Below are positions 33,887-43,369 of a DNA stretch of 64,000 nt, in pieces. A program made the position numbers and the translations under genes. Numbering within the stretch: position 1 is the stretch's first letter; the number at the start of each line of letters is the position of its first letter. Under the pieces are notes generated by a model that made no database searches, was not told the DNA's origin, and saw only the letters and a list, made by a program, of their open reading frames with translations. Where the stretch lies: IMG/VR virus record IMGVR_UViG_2706795462_000001. One strand, given 5' to 3'. This DNA comes from a virus (Duplodnaviria > Heunggongvirae > Uroviricota > Caudoviricetes > Herelleviridae).

Positions 33887-35143
33887 ATGGCAAGAGCAAA
33901 AAAAGGTAAAGAAGTAGATTTAACAGATTTAAATACAATTGATTTAGGTAAAGAATTAGGATTAACATTATTATCAGATACAAATAGAGCAGATATTAAG
34001 AATGTTATACCTACAATGGTACCTCAGTATGACTATATTTTAGGTGGAGGTATACCGTTAGGTAGATTAACAGAGGTTTATGGTTTAACTGGTAGTGGTA
34101 AATCAACATTTGCAGTTCATTTGTCTAGGATTGCAACACAATTAGGTGTTATTACCATTTGGATTGATATTGAAGGAACAGCAGACAATAATCGTATGGA
34201 ACAACTTGGAGTAGATGTTTCAAAATTATTCTCTATTCAATCAGGAGAAGGTAGACTTAAAAATACAGTAGAATTATCTGTAGAGGCTGTAGGTAAAGAA
34301 TTAGAGTACTGGATTGACACATTTAATGAAAAGATACCTGGAGTACCTATTGTGTTTATTTGGGACTCACTAGGAGCTACACGAACTCAGAAAGAGATTG
34401 ACGGCGGTATTGATGAGAAACAAATGGGTCTTAAAGCATCAGCTACTCAAAAAGTAATTAATGCAGTAACACCTAAATTAAATGATACAAATACAGGGTT
34501 AATTGTTATTAATCAAGCACGTGACGATATGAATGCAGGTATGTATGGTGACCCTATTAAGTCTACAGGTGGTAGAGCATTTGAACATAGTGCTAGTTTA
34601 CGTATTAAGGTTCATAAAGCATCACAATTAAAACAAAAAAGTGAATTAACTGGTAAAGATGAATATCATGGTCATATCATGCGTATTGAAACTAAGAAAT
34701 CTAAATTATCGAGACCGGGACAAAAAGCAGAAGCAGACTTACTATCTGATTATATGGTAGGTAAAGAAGATGACCCTATATTATTAAATGGTATTGACTT
34801 AGAACATACTGTATATAAAGAAGCAGTTGAAAGAGGTTTAATTACTAAAGGTGCATGGAGAAACTATGTTACATTGAATGGTGAAGAGATTAAACTTAGA
34901 GATGCTGAATGGGTTCCTGTATTAAAAGATAATAGAGAGTTATATTTAGAATTATTCAGTAGAGTATATGGAGAGCATTTCCCTAACGGTTACTCACCAT
35001 TGCTTAATAATAAAGTAATTGTAACTCAACTAGAAGAGTATCAAGCTCTTGAAAATTACTATAAAGAATGGGCTACAGATAATAAACAAAAGGAACAAGA
35101 GGAAGAACTAAAAGGAGAATCTCAAGAAAAGGATTCTGAATAA
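33887..35143 (+). CDS. recA: RecA/UvsX-like recombinase (418 aa, uninterrupted)
   Basis: GGGIPLGRLTEVYGLTGSGKST, WDSLGA, INQ, GGRAFEHSAS. Confidence 0.92.
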   Translation: MARAKKGKEVDLTDLNTIDLGKELGLTLLSDTNRADIKNVIPTMVPQYDYILGGGIPLGRLTEVYGLTGSGKSTFAVHLSRIATQLGVITIWIDIEGTADNNRMEQLGVDVSKLFSIQSGEGRLKNTVELSVEAVGKELEYWIDTFNEKIPGVPIVFIWDSLGATRTQKEIDGGIDEKQMGLKASATQKVINAVTPKLNDTNTGLIVINQARDDMNAGMYGDPIKSTGGRAFEHSASLRIKVHKASQLKQKSELTGKDEYHGHIMRIETKKSKLSRPGQKAEADLLSDYMVGKEDDPILLNGIDLEHTVYKEAVERGLITKGAWRNYVTLNGEEIKLRDAEWVPVLKDNRELYLELFSRVYGEHFPNGYSPLLNNKVIVTQLEEYQALENYYKEWATDNKQKEQEEELKGESQEKDSE

Positions 35144-35146
35144 TAA

Positions 35147-35500
35147 ATGGATAATTTAATAGATAAAAACATGAATCAGGTAAAAGAATCTTTGGGGAAT
35201 GCAAATTCCTCAGATGTTCTTCCTTTACCTTATAAAGATATAGCAAAGAAATTTGAAGAAGTAAAAGAAAAAGGTGAATCAATTATCATTGAAGAAGGTG
35301 GATTCCCTTACACAGATTCTACAGTGATGTATATAGAACATGTAACAGATAGATGGGCAGGAGGATACTCCTTAATTAGACATGAAGGTGAAGAGGTTAA
35401 AGTGCCTAAAACTATCCATTTCTCTGATATATATGTTAAGGATAAGTCACATAAAGTAAGAATAATCTTCGAGGGGGCTAATCCTTATGAAGAAAGCTAA
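35147..35500 (+). CDS. Hypothetical protein (117 aa)
   Basis: ORF between recA and sigma. Confidence 0.8.
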   Translation: MDNLIDKNMNQVKESLGNANSSDVLPLPYKDIAKKFEEVKEKGESIIIEEGGFPYTDSTVMYIEHVTDRWAGGYSLIRHEGEEVKVPKTIHFSDIYVKDKSHKVRIIFEGANPYEES

Positions 35501-36149
35501 CAATGGTAATAGATATGTAATAGATATAGATGGTATTCCTGTTGATTTTGAAAGAGACTTGGATAGTTTACTTAACAGGTATAAAAACCTTAGATGGTCG
35601 TTGTATCATAGATATGCAGGTATATTATCTAATGACTTTGAAAGACAAGAATTAAGAGAATATATTGATGAGCAATTTATTAAACTAGTTAAAGAATATA
35701 ATATTAGAAGTAAAGTAGATTTTCCAGGGTATATTAAAGCTAAATTAACTTTGAGAGTTCAAAATAGTTATGTTAAAAAGAATGAAAAGTATAAACGTAC
35801 TGAAATTATCGGTAAAAAAGATTATACGGTAGAGTCCTTAACAGAAGATTTAAATGAGGACTTTGAGGATAATCAAATTATGAGTTATGTATTTGATGAT
35901 ATAGAATTTACAGAAGTTCAAAGTGAGCTACTTAAAGAATTACTTATTAATCCTGAAAGAGAAGATGATGCCTTTATAGTTTCTCAAGTAGCGGAGAAGT
36001 TTGATATGAAAAGAAAAGAAGTAGCAAGTGAATTGACAGAATTAAGAGATTATGTTAGATTTAAAATAAATGCATATCATGAGTACTACGCAAAGAAAGA
36101 ATTAAATAATCATAGAGTTAATACTGAAAATCATATTTGGGAAAACTAG
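35487..36149 (+). CDS. Phage RNA polymerase sigma factor (220 aa)
   Basis: Region-2-like ELREYIDEQFIKLVKEY...DFPGYIK; C-terminal HTH-like segment; Herelleviridae synteny. Confidence 0.8.
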   Translation: MKKANNGNRYVIDIDGIPVDFERDLDSLLNRYKNLRWSLYHRYAGILSNDFERQELREYIDEQFIKLVKEYNIRSKVDFPGYIKAKLTLRVQNSYVKKNEKYKRTEIIGKKDYTVESLTEDLNEDFEDNQIMSYVFDDIEFTEVQSELLKELLINPEREDDAFIVSQVAEKFDMKRKEVASELTELRDYVRFKINAYHEYYAKKELNNHRVNTENHIWEN

Positions 36150-36156
36150 TTACAGT

Positions 36157-36217
36157 GCCTTCCTTGTGTTATATTATTATCGAGAATTCAATAATAAAGC
36201 ATAGGGAAGGCTTTTTT
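36157..36217 (+). terminator. Long terminator hairpin containing the late-promoter motif TGTTATATTA (36167-36176)
   Basis: 36157-36178 pairs with 36190-36211; T6 follows. Confidence 0.7.
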
Positions 36218-36276
36218 CTATGTCTTATAGAATGCTTTAAAATAGATTACTAAAATAAAGATTGGAGATTAAGCTT

Positions 36277-36909
36277 ATGGCTAAAAAGAATGTTAATGAT
36301 GTATTACAACAAGAATCTGTTACAGTAGCAGATAAGTATTTACAAGTTAAAGTTAACCGTGACGGTTATACTCGTACACACGAAGGACAATATGCGTACA
36401 AAGTAGTTTCAGAGGGAGAAGAGTTATTCTTATACCCAGTACAAACAGATGGTAAAGGTACATTAAATGTAATGAAGAAATCACCTATTGCTTACACTGA
36501 TGGAGACAATATCCATTTTGTAGTAAATACAGTAGTAGACCCTTATAATCACTCATTTATCCGTACTGAAGATATTAAAGGATTAGATAAAGGTAAACAA
36601 CTTATTCAAGCTTTCTTAGCTTTCGTTGAAGACCGTTTCAAATTTGGTGTTTATAACGTATTTGTTGCAAATAACAAAGAAGATGTATTATCTATCGTAG
36701 ACCCTGCAGATAATGATGCAGATGAAGTTAAAGATAGTTTAGAGCATGCACATGAAGATGTAATTGCGGATTTCCCTGCTAGCCCTGCTCGTAAGGACGT
36801 TAAAGGCGTAGATTCAGGAGAAGGTCAAGGAGACACTTCAGAACCATCAGCACCTAAGAACGTTCAAGTTACTCCTAAGGAAGACGGAGCAGACGTATCA
36901 GCAGAATAA
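36277..36909 (+). CDS. Virion accessory protein (210 aa) ending in an FN3 A/B-strand-like peptide
   Basis: C-terminus PSAPKNVQVTPKEDGADVSAE; downstream of the late motif. Confidence 0.75.
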   Translation: MAKKNVNDVLQQESVTVADKYLQVKVNRDGYTRTHEGQYAYKVVSEGEELFLYPVQTDGKGTLNVMKKSPIAYTDGDNIHFVVNTVVDPYNHSFIRTEDIKGLDKGKQLIQAFLAFVEDRFKFGVYNVFVANNKEDVLSIVDPADNDADEVKDSLEHAHEDVIADFPASPARKDVKGVDSGEGQGDTSEPSAPKNVQVTPKEDGADVSAE

Positions 36910-36930
36910 TATAGATAAAGGATGGTAAAT

Positions 36931-37443
36931 TTGGCTAAGTTAAATTTATACAAAGGTAATGAGTTACTAAACAGCGTAGAGAAAACAGAAGGAAAATCAA
37001 CAATCACGATTGAGAATTTAGATGCTAACACAGATTACCCTAAAGGTACTTTTAAAGTATCATTCTCAAATGATTCAGGAGAATCAGAGAAGGTCGATGT
37101 CCCTCAGTTTAAGACAAAAGCAATTAAAGTTATTTCAGTTACCCTTGACGTTGATAGTTTAGACCTTACAGTTGGAGATACTCACCAACTATCAACAACT
37201 ATCACGCCTAGTGAAGCATCTAACAAAAATGTGTCATTTGAATCAGACAAATCAGGTGTTGCTAGTGTAACATCAGAAGGATTAATTGAAGCAGTTAGTG
37301 CAGGAACAGCTAATATTACTGTAACTACTGAGGATGGTAGTCATACTGATATTGTTGCGGTAACAGTTAAGGAACCTATTCCTGAAGCACCTACAGATGT
37401 AACAGTTGAACCTGGTGAAAATAGCGCAGATATTACTGCATAG
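36931..37443 (+). CDS. Ig-like virion protein (170 aa, TTG start): partial FN3 + Big_2 + FN3 A/B-like peptide
   Basis: Big_2 pattern LTVGDTHQL...PSEASNKNVSFES...VASV..EGLIEAVSAGTANITVTT; RBS AAAGGATGG. Confidence 0.85.
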   Translation: MAKLNLYKGNELLNSVEKTEGKSTITIENLDANTDYPKGTFKVSFSNDSGESEKVDVPQFKTKAIKVISVTLDVDSLDLTVGDTHQLSTTITPSEASNKNVSFESDKSGVASVTSEGLIEAVSAGTANITVTTEDGSHTDIVAVTVKEPIPEAPTDVTVEPGENSADITA

Positions 37444-37457
37444 GAGGACAATAAAGA

Positions 37458-37685
37458 ATGGAAAAGACATTAAAAGTTTATAGTAATGGTGAAGTTGTAG
37501 GCTCTCAAGTAGCTAATAACGATGGAGCTACTACAGTATCTATTACAGGCTTAGAAGCCGGAAAAACTTATGCTAAGGGAGCTTTTAAAGTAGCATTTGC
37601 TAATGATTCAGGTGAATCAGAAAAAGTAGATGTTCCTGAATTTACAACTAAAACTCCTGCTGAAGAACCTTCAGAAGAAGCATAA
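37458..37685 (+). CDS. 75-aa partial-FN3 protein, paralog of the N-terminus of 36931-37443
   Basis: Shares FKV.F.NDSGESEKVDVP.F.TK; RBS AGGAGG. Confidence 0.85.
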   Translation: MEKTLKVYSNGEVVGSQVANNDGATTVSITGLEAGKTYAKGAFKVAFANDSGESEKVDVPEFTTKTPAEEPSEEA

Positions 37686-37690
37686 TAATT

Positions 37691-37749
37691 AAGACCAACT
37701 AAAAAGTTGGTCTTTTTTTATTGACAATTTATAATATCTATGATACACT
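37691..37749 (+). promoter_or_regulatory. Terminator (37691-37720) followed by a sigmaA promoter (TTGACA 37721, TACACT 37744)
   Basis: AAGACCAACT/AGTTGGTCTT + T-tract; 17-nt spacer. Confidence 0.85.
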
Positions 37750-37779
37750 ATATAAGAATTAAGAAAAGGAGGGAAAGTA

Positions 37780-38040
37780 ATGGATATTCCAACAATATTA
37801 TTTAGAAATCCATATGATTACACAAAAGTAAAAAAATTAATGGAAAACAAAGAACAGTACATTGTAGTAAAATTTGATTCAGTTTCTGTTCATAATTTAA
37901 ATGTTCAAGGTATGATGAATGTTATTCAAGATTACCTGCACATCTATGGTTACAGAGTCAAAGAATACGGACAAGAAAATGCTTCTAAAGATGATGAAAG
38001 AGACGTTAAAGGTTACTTATACGAAAGAGTAGGTGAGTAA
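37780..38040 (+). CDS. Hypothetical protein (86 aa)
   Basis: RBS AAAGGAGG. Confidence 0.8.
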   Translation: MDIPTILFRNPYDYTKVKKLMENKEQYIVVKFDSVSVHNLNVQGMMNVIQDYLHIYGYRVKEYGQENASKDDERDVKGYLYERVGE

Positions 38041-38043
38041 GGT

Positions 38044-38799
38044 ATGGGTGTTATAATAAATTCTAACCATATTCAGTCAGATACTTTATATGAGTACGAT
38101 AGTTTTTTTGATATTGAGAAAGTAGATACGTTTGAAGAAGGATTACTATCAATACAGGATGAACCAACTGTTTTAGCAGGATTTATCTATGATGATATTA
38201 CATTTAATAAGGTTATTAACTCTAATTCAAATATTGATAACAATATTAAGAATAATGATATTTATTATGTTTCTGATATAGGGTTACTTCCGGATACTTT
38301 TATCACTGTTGATTCTAATAAAAAATACTATTCATTATTACAGCAGATAGTTGAGTTAAGTAAAGACCCTTTCCCTAAATGGGTAGAAACGGATGCAAAA
38401 GATTTAACTAGGTATTATAACTTTCAAGATTTTGAAGATGTATTCGATTTAAATAGTTTTTATAAAAAAGAAGTTGACATGGTAAGAGAAAAGTGCTATA
38501 ATAATGGTAATGTATATTTATTATATGAAGTCTTGCCTGATTATAAATTACCTCTAGCTTATAGTTTACTTTCAAATAAAGAGCATGGTATTGTTATTAT
38601 CGGTTCACAGACACGTTCTAATAATGATATACTGACTTTTTACGTTAAAGGTATGGATGCTAAGGCAATAGCTAGCATGTTTAATGTAGAACATGATTAT
38701 GATTCTAATATTTTTCATACATTCGTAAATAGTCACATTAATATTTTAGGAAATCAAATAACTAAGTTTATAAGAGAGAAAGGAAGCAGTTATGAGTAA
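38044..38799 (+). CDS. Hypothetical protein (251 aa)
   Basis: Long ORF, coupled to its neighbours. Confidence 0.8.
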   Translation: MGVIINSNHIQSDTLYEYDSFFDIEKVDTFEEGLLSIQDEPTVLAGFIYDDITFNKVINSNSNIDNNIKNNDIYYVSDIGLLPDTFITVDSNKKYYSLLQQIVELSKDPFPKWVETDAKDLTRYYNFQDFEDVFDLNSFYKKEVDMVREKCYNNGNVYLLYEVLPDYKLPLAYSLLSNKEHGIVIIGSQTRSNNDILTFYVKGMDAKAIASMFNVEHDYDSNIFHTFVNSHINILGNQITKFIREKGSSYE

Positions 38800-40042
38800 C
38801 TATAAAACAATAGAAGAAGTACAAGCAGTTATTATCGGAGTATTATTTAAAGATGAAGGTAAAATTGTAACATCTAAGTTTAATAAAATTACTAAAGAGT
38901 TTGGTTTAGATAGAATTGGTAAAGACGACCTTAAAGAAATTGTTGAAGATATTAGACAAGATGCCTATCTAAATGAGCTTAAGAATAAAGCAATTAAAGG
39001 TAAGGTAACTTTAGGAGACCTTAAAGATGTTGCAGATAATCAAGTATTCGAAGGTAATAACTATCATGAAGAAGTCTCTACTTATGTAGTAGCTAAAGAA
39101 AAAGAACTATCTCACTTGAGAGAACAACGTAAGCACAACAGACATACCGCATACCCTCAAATTATGTTTGATGAACTTAAAGAACATATGGTTAAAGAAT
39201 TACAAGGGGAAACATTAGTAGAGCATCATGGAAGTAAAGTTAACATTAATGATACAGAGTTAATTGTATTACTATCAGATTTCCATATTGGAAGTATTGT
39301 ATCCGATATGACTAATGGTAAATATGATTTTGAAGTATTGAAGTCAAGACTAAATCACTTTATTGATACGACAGTTAAAGAGATTGAGGATAGAGAGATT
39401 TCTAATGTAACTGTTTACTTTGTTGGAGACTTAGTAGAACATATTAATATGAGAGACGTTAACCAGGCATTTGAAACAGAGTTTACTTTAGCAGAACAAA
39501 TCTCTAAAGGTACTCGATTACTTATTGATATCTTAAATGTACTATCTAATGTAGTTACAGGAGAATTAAGATTTGGTATTATTGGTGGTAATCATGACCG
39601 TATGCAAGGTAACAAAAATCAGAAGATTTATAATGATAATATTGCTTATGTAGTACTAGACTCTTTATTGCTATTCCAAGAGCAGGGATTATTAAACGGT
39701 ATAGATATTATTGATAATCGTGAAGATATTTATACTATTAGAGATAATTTCGGAGGTAAATCTATTATCATTAACCACGGTGATGGGTTAAAAGGTAAGG
39801 GCAATCATATTAATAAATTTATCTTAGATAGCCATATTGATTTACTAATTACCGGTCATGTACACCATTTCTCAGTAAAACAAGAAGATTTTAATAGAAT
39901 GCATATTGTAGCTTCATCTCCGATGGGATATAATAATTATGCTAAAGAGTTACATCTATCAAAAACTAAACCTTCACAGCAATTATTATTTGTAAATAAA
40001 GAAAATAAAGATATTGATATTAAAACAGTATTTTTAGATTAA
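38792..40042 (+). CDS. Calcineurin-like metallophosphoesterase/nuclease (416 aa)
   Basis: DFHIG, GDLVE, GNHD, HGD, GHVHH. Confidence 0.85.
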   Translation: MSNYKTIEEVQAVIIGVLFKDEGKIVTSKFNKITKEFGLDRIGKDDLKEIVEDIRQDAYLNELKNKAIKGKVTLGDLKDVADNQVFEGNNYHEEVSTYVVAKEKELSHLREQRKHNRHTAYPQIMFDELKEHMVKELQGETLVEHHGSKVNINDTELIVLLSDFHIGSIVSDMTNGKYDFEVLKSRLNHFIDTTVKEIEDREISNVTVYFVGDLVEHINMRDVNQAFETEFTLAEQISKGTRLLIDILNVLSNVVTGELRFGIIGGNHDRMQGNKNQKIYNDNIAYVVLDSLLLFQEQGLLNGIDIIDNREDIYTIRDNFGGKSIIINHGDGLKGKGNHINKFILDSHIDLLITGHVHHFSVKQEDFNRMHIVASSPMGYNNYAKELHLSKTKPSQQLLFVNKENKDIDIKTVFLD

Positions 40043-40055
40043 GGATGGTTAATAA

Positions 40056-40424
40056 ATGGATACAATTTTTATTATAGGTGTAGCGTTTATAACTTTTGCA
40101 ACATTTAATATAGTCTTTAGATTATTTGATTTATGGACTACAGAGAAGAAAATGGTAAGTCAAGGACAACCTCCACTAAGTAATTTTGAGTACTATCATG
40201 TGATAGTACCCTACTTAGTTGGTGTTATTGTTATTATACTGAGTATTATTTTTAGAGATTCCTTGTATTCTGCGCAATCAGGATTTGGTGTTATTATTAC
40301 AAGCTTTATTTATATGCTAGTTTATGTTATAATCGGTCTTGTAGGGTCATTTGTACTTACAATATTCCAAGCTAGAAAGGCTAGACAGTATCAAACACAG
40401 GAGGATAATAATGAAGTTCAATGA
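40056..40424 (+). CDS. Membrane protein (122 aa, about 3 TM)
   Basis: Three hydrophobic stretches. Confidence 0.8.
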   Translation: MDTIFIIGVAFITFATFNIVFRLFDLWTTEKKMVSQGQPPLSNFEYYHVIVPYLVGVIVIILSIIFRDSLYSAQSGFGVIITSFIYMLVYVIIGLVGSFVLTIFQARKARQYQTQEDNNEVQ

Positions 40425-40722
40425 TATTTATGAGCAACTAATTAAAAATGATACAATACAAAACATTCATGAATCTCAAGATGATAAAGGAAATATTTAT
40501 ACAATACAGTTTGATAAAGGTAATGATAAGTATTTATTTAATGTCATCAATGATGGATTCTTGAAAGAAATGACAAATGGTATGGTAGACCATCCTGAAG
40601 GTCAACCATATTCAGTAAGTCTAATCAATAAAGAAACGCCTAGTATGTCAGTGAAACAATATTTAACAGATGTAGAAGATATTGTACCTACTATTAGAAA
40701 AATGGAAAAGGATTTCTTATAG
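40411..40722 (+). CDS. Hypothetical protein (103 aa)
   Basis: RBS AGGAGG before ATG 40411. Confidence 0.8.
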   Translation: MKFNDIYEQLIKNDTIQNIHESQDDKGNIYTIQFDKGNDKYLFNVINDGFLKEMTNGMVDHPEGQPYSVSLINKETPSMSVKQYLTDVEDIVPTIRKMEKDFL

Positions 40723-40765
40723 AGTCAAGTCTTTACTTGACTCTTTTTACTATATATGGTATATT
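40721..40765 (+). promoter_or_regulatory. Terminator-promoter module (TTGACT in the 3' arm; TATATT 40760)
   Basis: AGAGTCAAG/CTTGACTCT + T5; 17-nt spacer; second copy at 46714. Confidence 0.8.
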
Positions 40766-40785
40766 AATATAGAGGTGACTTAAAA

Positions 40786-41322
40786 ATGGATTTTAATTTT
40801 AGTGCTTTTGATAATAGCTCATTAGCAATGAGAATTAGTGAGGGTGTATACTATTTCAATGATACCCCTTATTACTTTATTGAGCATGTAGAAGAAGAAA
40901 TGTCTGAGTATGTTATTGTGTATGACATACATGATAGAGAGGAAAAAGAAAATCCTCAGAAGAAATATAGAGTAGAACCTTACCAACGGACAATACCTGG
41001 AGGTACACCTCTTAGTAATTTGATTAAGAGTATGATGCCTCAACGTAAATATCCTAAGAAGGTTGTAGAAGACCCTATATTTGTAGCTAATGTTATTCCT
41101 TTAGGAACAGATACAGTTACAGGTAAAACTGGAAAAGGTTTTTTTGAAAGAGATAAGGATAGAACTATTTACTCACAGAAAGAACCAACTAAGGTAGTCC
41201 ATGGTCAATACACAGGTGTTTTCATAGGTCTAACAAGTGTTAAATGGAATAGAACATATACTCCTTTAGAAAGTGTTGTTGAGTATTGCAAGAGAGTAAA
41301 AGGAGATAGGTTAAATGTCTAA
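40786..41322 (+). CDS. Hypothetical protein (178 aa)
   Basis: RBS AGAGGTG. Confidence 0.8.
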   Translation: MDFNFSAFDNSSLAMRISEGVYYFNDTPYYFIEHVEEEMSEYVIVYDIHDREEKENPQKKYRVEPYQRTIPGGTPLSNLIKSMMPQRKYPKKVVEDPIFVANVIPLGTDTVTGKTGKGFFERDKDRTIYSQKEPTKVVHGQYTGVFIGLTSVKWNRTYTPLESVVEYCKRVKGDRLNV

Positions 41323-42082
41323 TGATGTAGTTAAGTTTTATGAAAAAGATATTAAAGACCTTATAAGAACTAAAAAACACATGTTTAAAGACGATGAGAT
41401 AACTAGTGATATAAATGATATACGTATCTTTAATGAGAAAGTAATTTGTCAAGGTAAGTGTAGAACAGATTGCTTAGTACTAGACCGTAATGGTACTGTC
41501 ATGGGTATAGAAATAAAAACGGAAAGAGACTCTACACAGAGATTAAATAACCAATTAAAGTATTATAGTTTAGTATGTAAGTATGTATATGTAATGTGTC
41601 ATGATAAACATGTACCTAAAGTAGAGCAGATACTTAAAAGATATAAACATAATCATGTAGGTATAATGAGTTACATTAATTTTAAAGGTAAACCTATTGT
41701 AGGTAAATATAAAGATGCTACACCATCACCACATAGAAGCCCTTATCATACAATGAATATACTATGGAAGACAAATTTAATGACAATACTTAGGTTGATT
41801 AGAGACCCTCATACTTATAGAACAGGGTATAGTTATAATGCTAGTGGTAGATATAGTGGTGGGGAAGGTAACTTCTCTCAAACAACTCAAAGTAAAAGAA
41901 TGAAAAAACCTGCTATTATTAACCAAATAATTCATTATGTAGGGGTAGATAATACTTATAAACTCTTTACAAGAGGTGTTATTTATGGTTATAATAATAG
42001 ATGGGAAGTTATAGAAGAAGATTTCTTTAATACTATGAAAAATGGGGTAAGAGTAATCAATGAGCAAAGACAAACCAAATAG
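41315..42082 (+). CDS. sce7726/MmcB-like PD-(D/E)xK nuclease-fold protein (255 aa)
   Basis: RTDCLVL...GIEIKTERDSTQRL..QL..Y. Confidence 0.65.
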   Translation: MSNDVVKFYEKDIKDLIRTKKHMFKDDEITSDINDIRIFNEKVICQGKCRTDCLVLDRNGTVMGIEIKTERDSTQRLNNQLKYYSLVCKYVYVMCHDKHVPKVEQILKRYKHNHVGIMSYINFKGKPIVGKYKDATPSPHRSPYHTMNILWKTNLMTILRLIRDPHTYRTGYSYNASGRYSGGEGNFSQTTQSKRMKKPAIINQIIHYVGVDNTYKLFTRGVIYGYNNRWEVIEEDFFNTMKNGVRVINEQRQTK

Positions 42083-42506
42083 ACGTAAAGAGATACAGCA
42101 TCAACCTGTTAACTTTGCCCCAACAAATACTTTAACAGGAGCTAATAATAGTTTCTTTGCTAAAAAGCCCTCAGAACCTAAGGATACAACATCTGTTATT
42201 GAATATAGAATACTTTTTATTAAAAGATTTGATAATGTAACAAGTACAGATGTTAAGTTACAAAAAAAATATGCATTAAATCTTATTAGTGAGGCACTTG
42301 ATGTTAAAGAAACTTATCTATCTCTTAAACAAAAAGGAAAGAAAACAGAATCTATTTTACACACAGATAGAGTTTATTATGTGCATAGAGGTAAAAAACT
42401 TATTGGAAAATGTAGTATTAGGGAGCAAAGAACATTTAAAGGTAAACATTTGATATTTATATTTAAGACAAGACATAGAGTTAAAGCAGAAAGGAAAGAT
42501 AAATAA
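42060..42506 (+). CDS. Basic hypothetical protein (148 aa)
   Basis: ORF overlaps both neighbours. Confidence 0.75.
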   Translation: MSKDKPNRRKEIQHQPVNFAPTNTLTGANNSFFAKKPSEPKDTTSVIEYRILFIKRFDNVTSTDVKLQKKYALNLISEALDVKETYLSLKQKGKKTESILHTDRVYYVHRGKKLIGKCSIREQRTFKGKHLIFIFKTRHRVKAERKDK

Positions 42507-43369
42507 TGTTAAAAGGATTTTCAGAACATGTAGATAAACCTACAACTATTAAAACCTTATATAAGACCTTAACAAGTGGTAAAGTAGAATTACTAGGTGT
42601 ATCTTATGGTAGTGATTACTTCCCTTCAGGTGTTACAGTACAAGCTTATATTGAAGATATAGGTAATGAAGATGAAGGTCTGCAGTTTGTTAATAAAGTA
42701 AACGTAGTGGAATCAATGAAACAGGCTGTAGTAGGTATGAACAATCAATTAGGTTCCTCAGGTCTTGGATATGTTAGAACTGAACAACTTAAAAAAGAGC
42801 TAGAAGAAACTGGATTAATGACAGATTTACTTGCTAGAGGTACTAACTTAACTTCTACTAAGAAAGTGGATATTGTAAGTACTTTTATTGAGCCTGAAGT
42901 AACATATCAAGACATTACTATAGCTAAAGATATTAAGTTACGTCTATACAAACTAGAAGAAGAGTCACCATTAAACGGTTATACACATATTGTATATCTT
43001 CTTACTACAGAGAAATTATATGATGGTCAAACACTATTTGGTATGCTATCTAAGAAAGATAAGTTATCTAAAGGAGATACTGATAAATTATTAGCATTCT
43101 TTAGAAATAATAGTTTAATAAGTAAAAGTGTATTTTGTGTTAAGTTATTAAGTAAAGACTACTACTTCAATTTATATAATACACATGAAACAGGTATATT
43201 CTTTTTAGAAGATACGGATATTATTACTATTGCTTGTGGTCAGTCATACGTTAAAGTTAATACTAAAGATATTAAATCTAGTCATGTTAAAATTGAAGAT
43301 GAGACTCATAAATTAACTGAGCTAGTAATTAACTTAAAAGGTGACGACACATTAACTATTTTATTCTAA
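42506..43369 (+). CDS. Hypothetical protein (287 aa)
   Basis: TAATG coupling. Confidence 0.8.
   Translation: MLKGFSEHVDKPTTIKTLYKTLTSGKVELLGVSYGSDYFPSGVTVQAYIEDIGNEDEGLQFVNKVNVVESMKQAVVGMNNQLGSSGLGYVRTEQLKKELEETGLMTDLLARGTNLTSTKKVDIVSTFIEPEVTYQDITIAKDIKLRLYKLEEESPLNGYTHIVYLLTTEKLYDGQTLFGMLSKKDKLSKGDTDKLLAFFRNNSLISKSVFCVKLLSKDYYFNLYNTHETGIFFLEDTDIITIACGQSYVKVNTKDIKSSHVKIEDETHKLTELVINLKGDDTLTILF

Noticed and set aside
36907-37460. Readthrough or frameshift fusion of the three Ig/FN3 genes
   Set aside because: Junction 1 has two in-frame TAA stops, junction 2 changes frame with no slippery site, and each downstream gene has its own RBS. Not fully excluded without MS.
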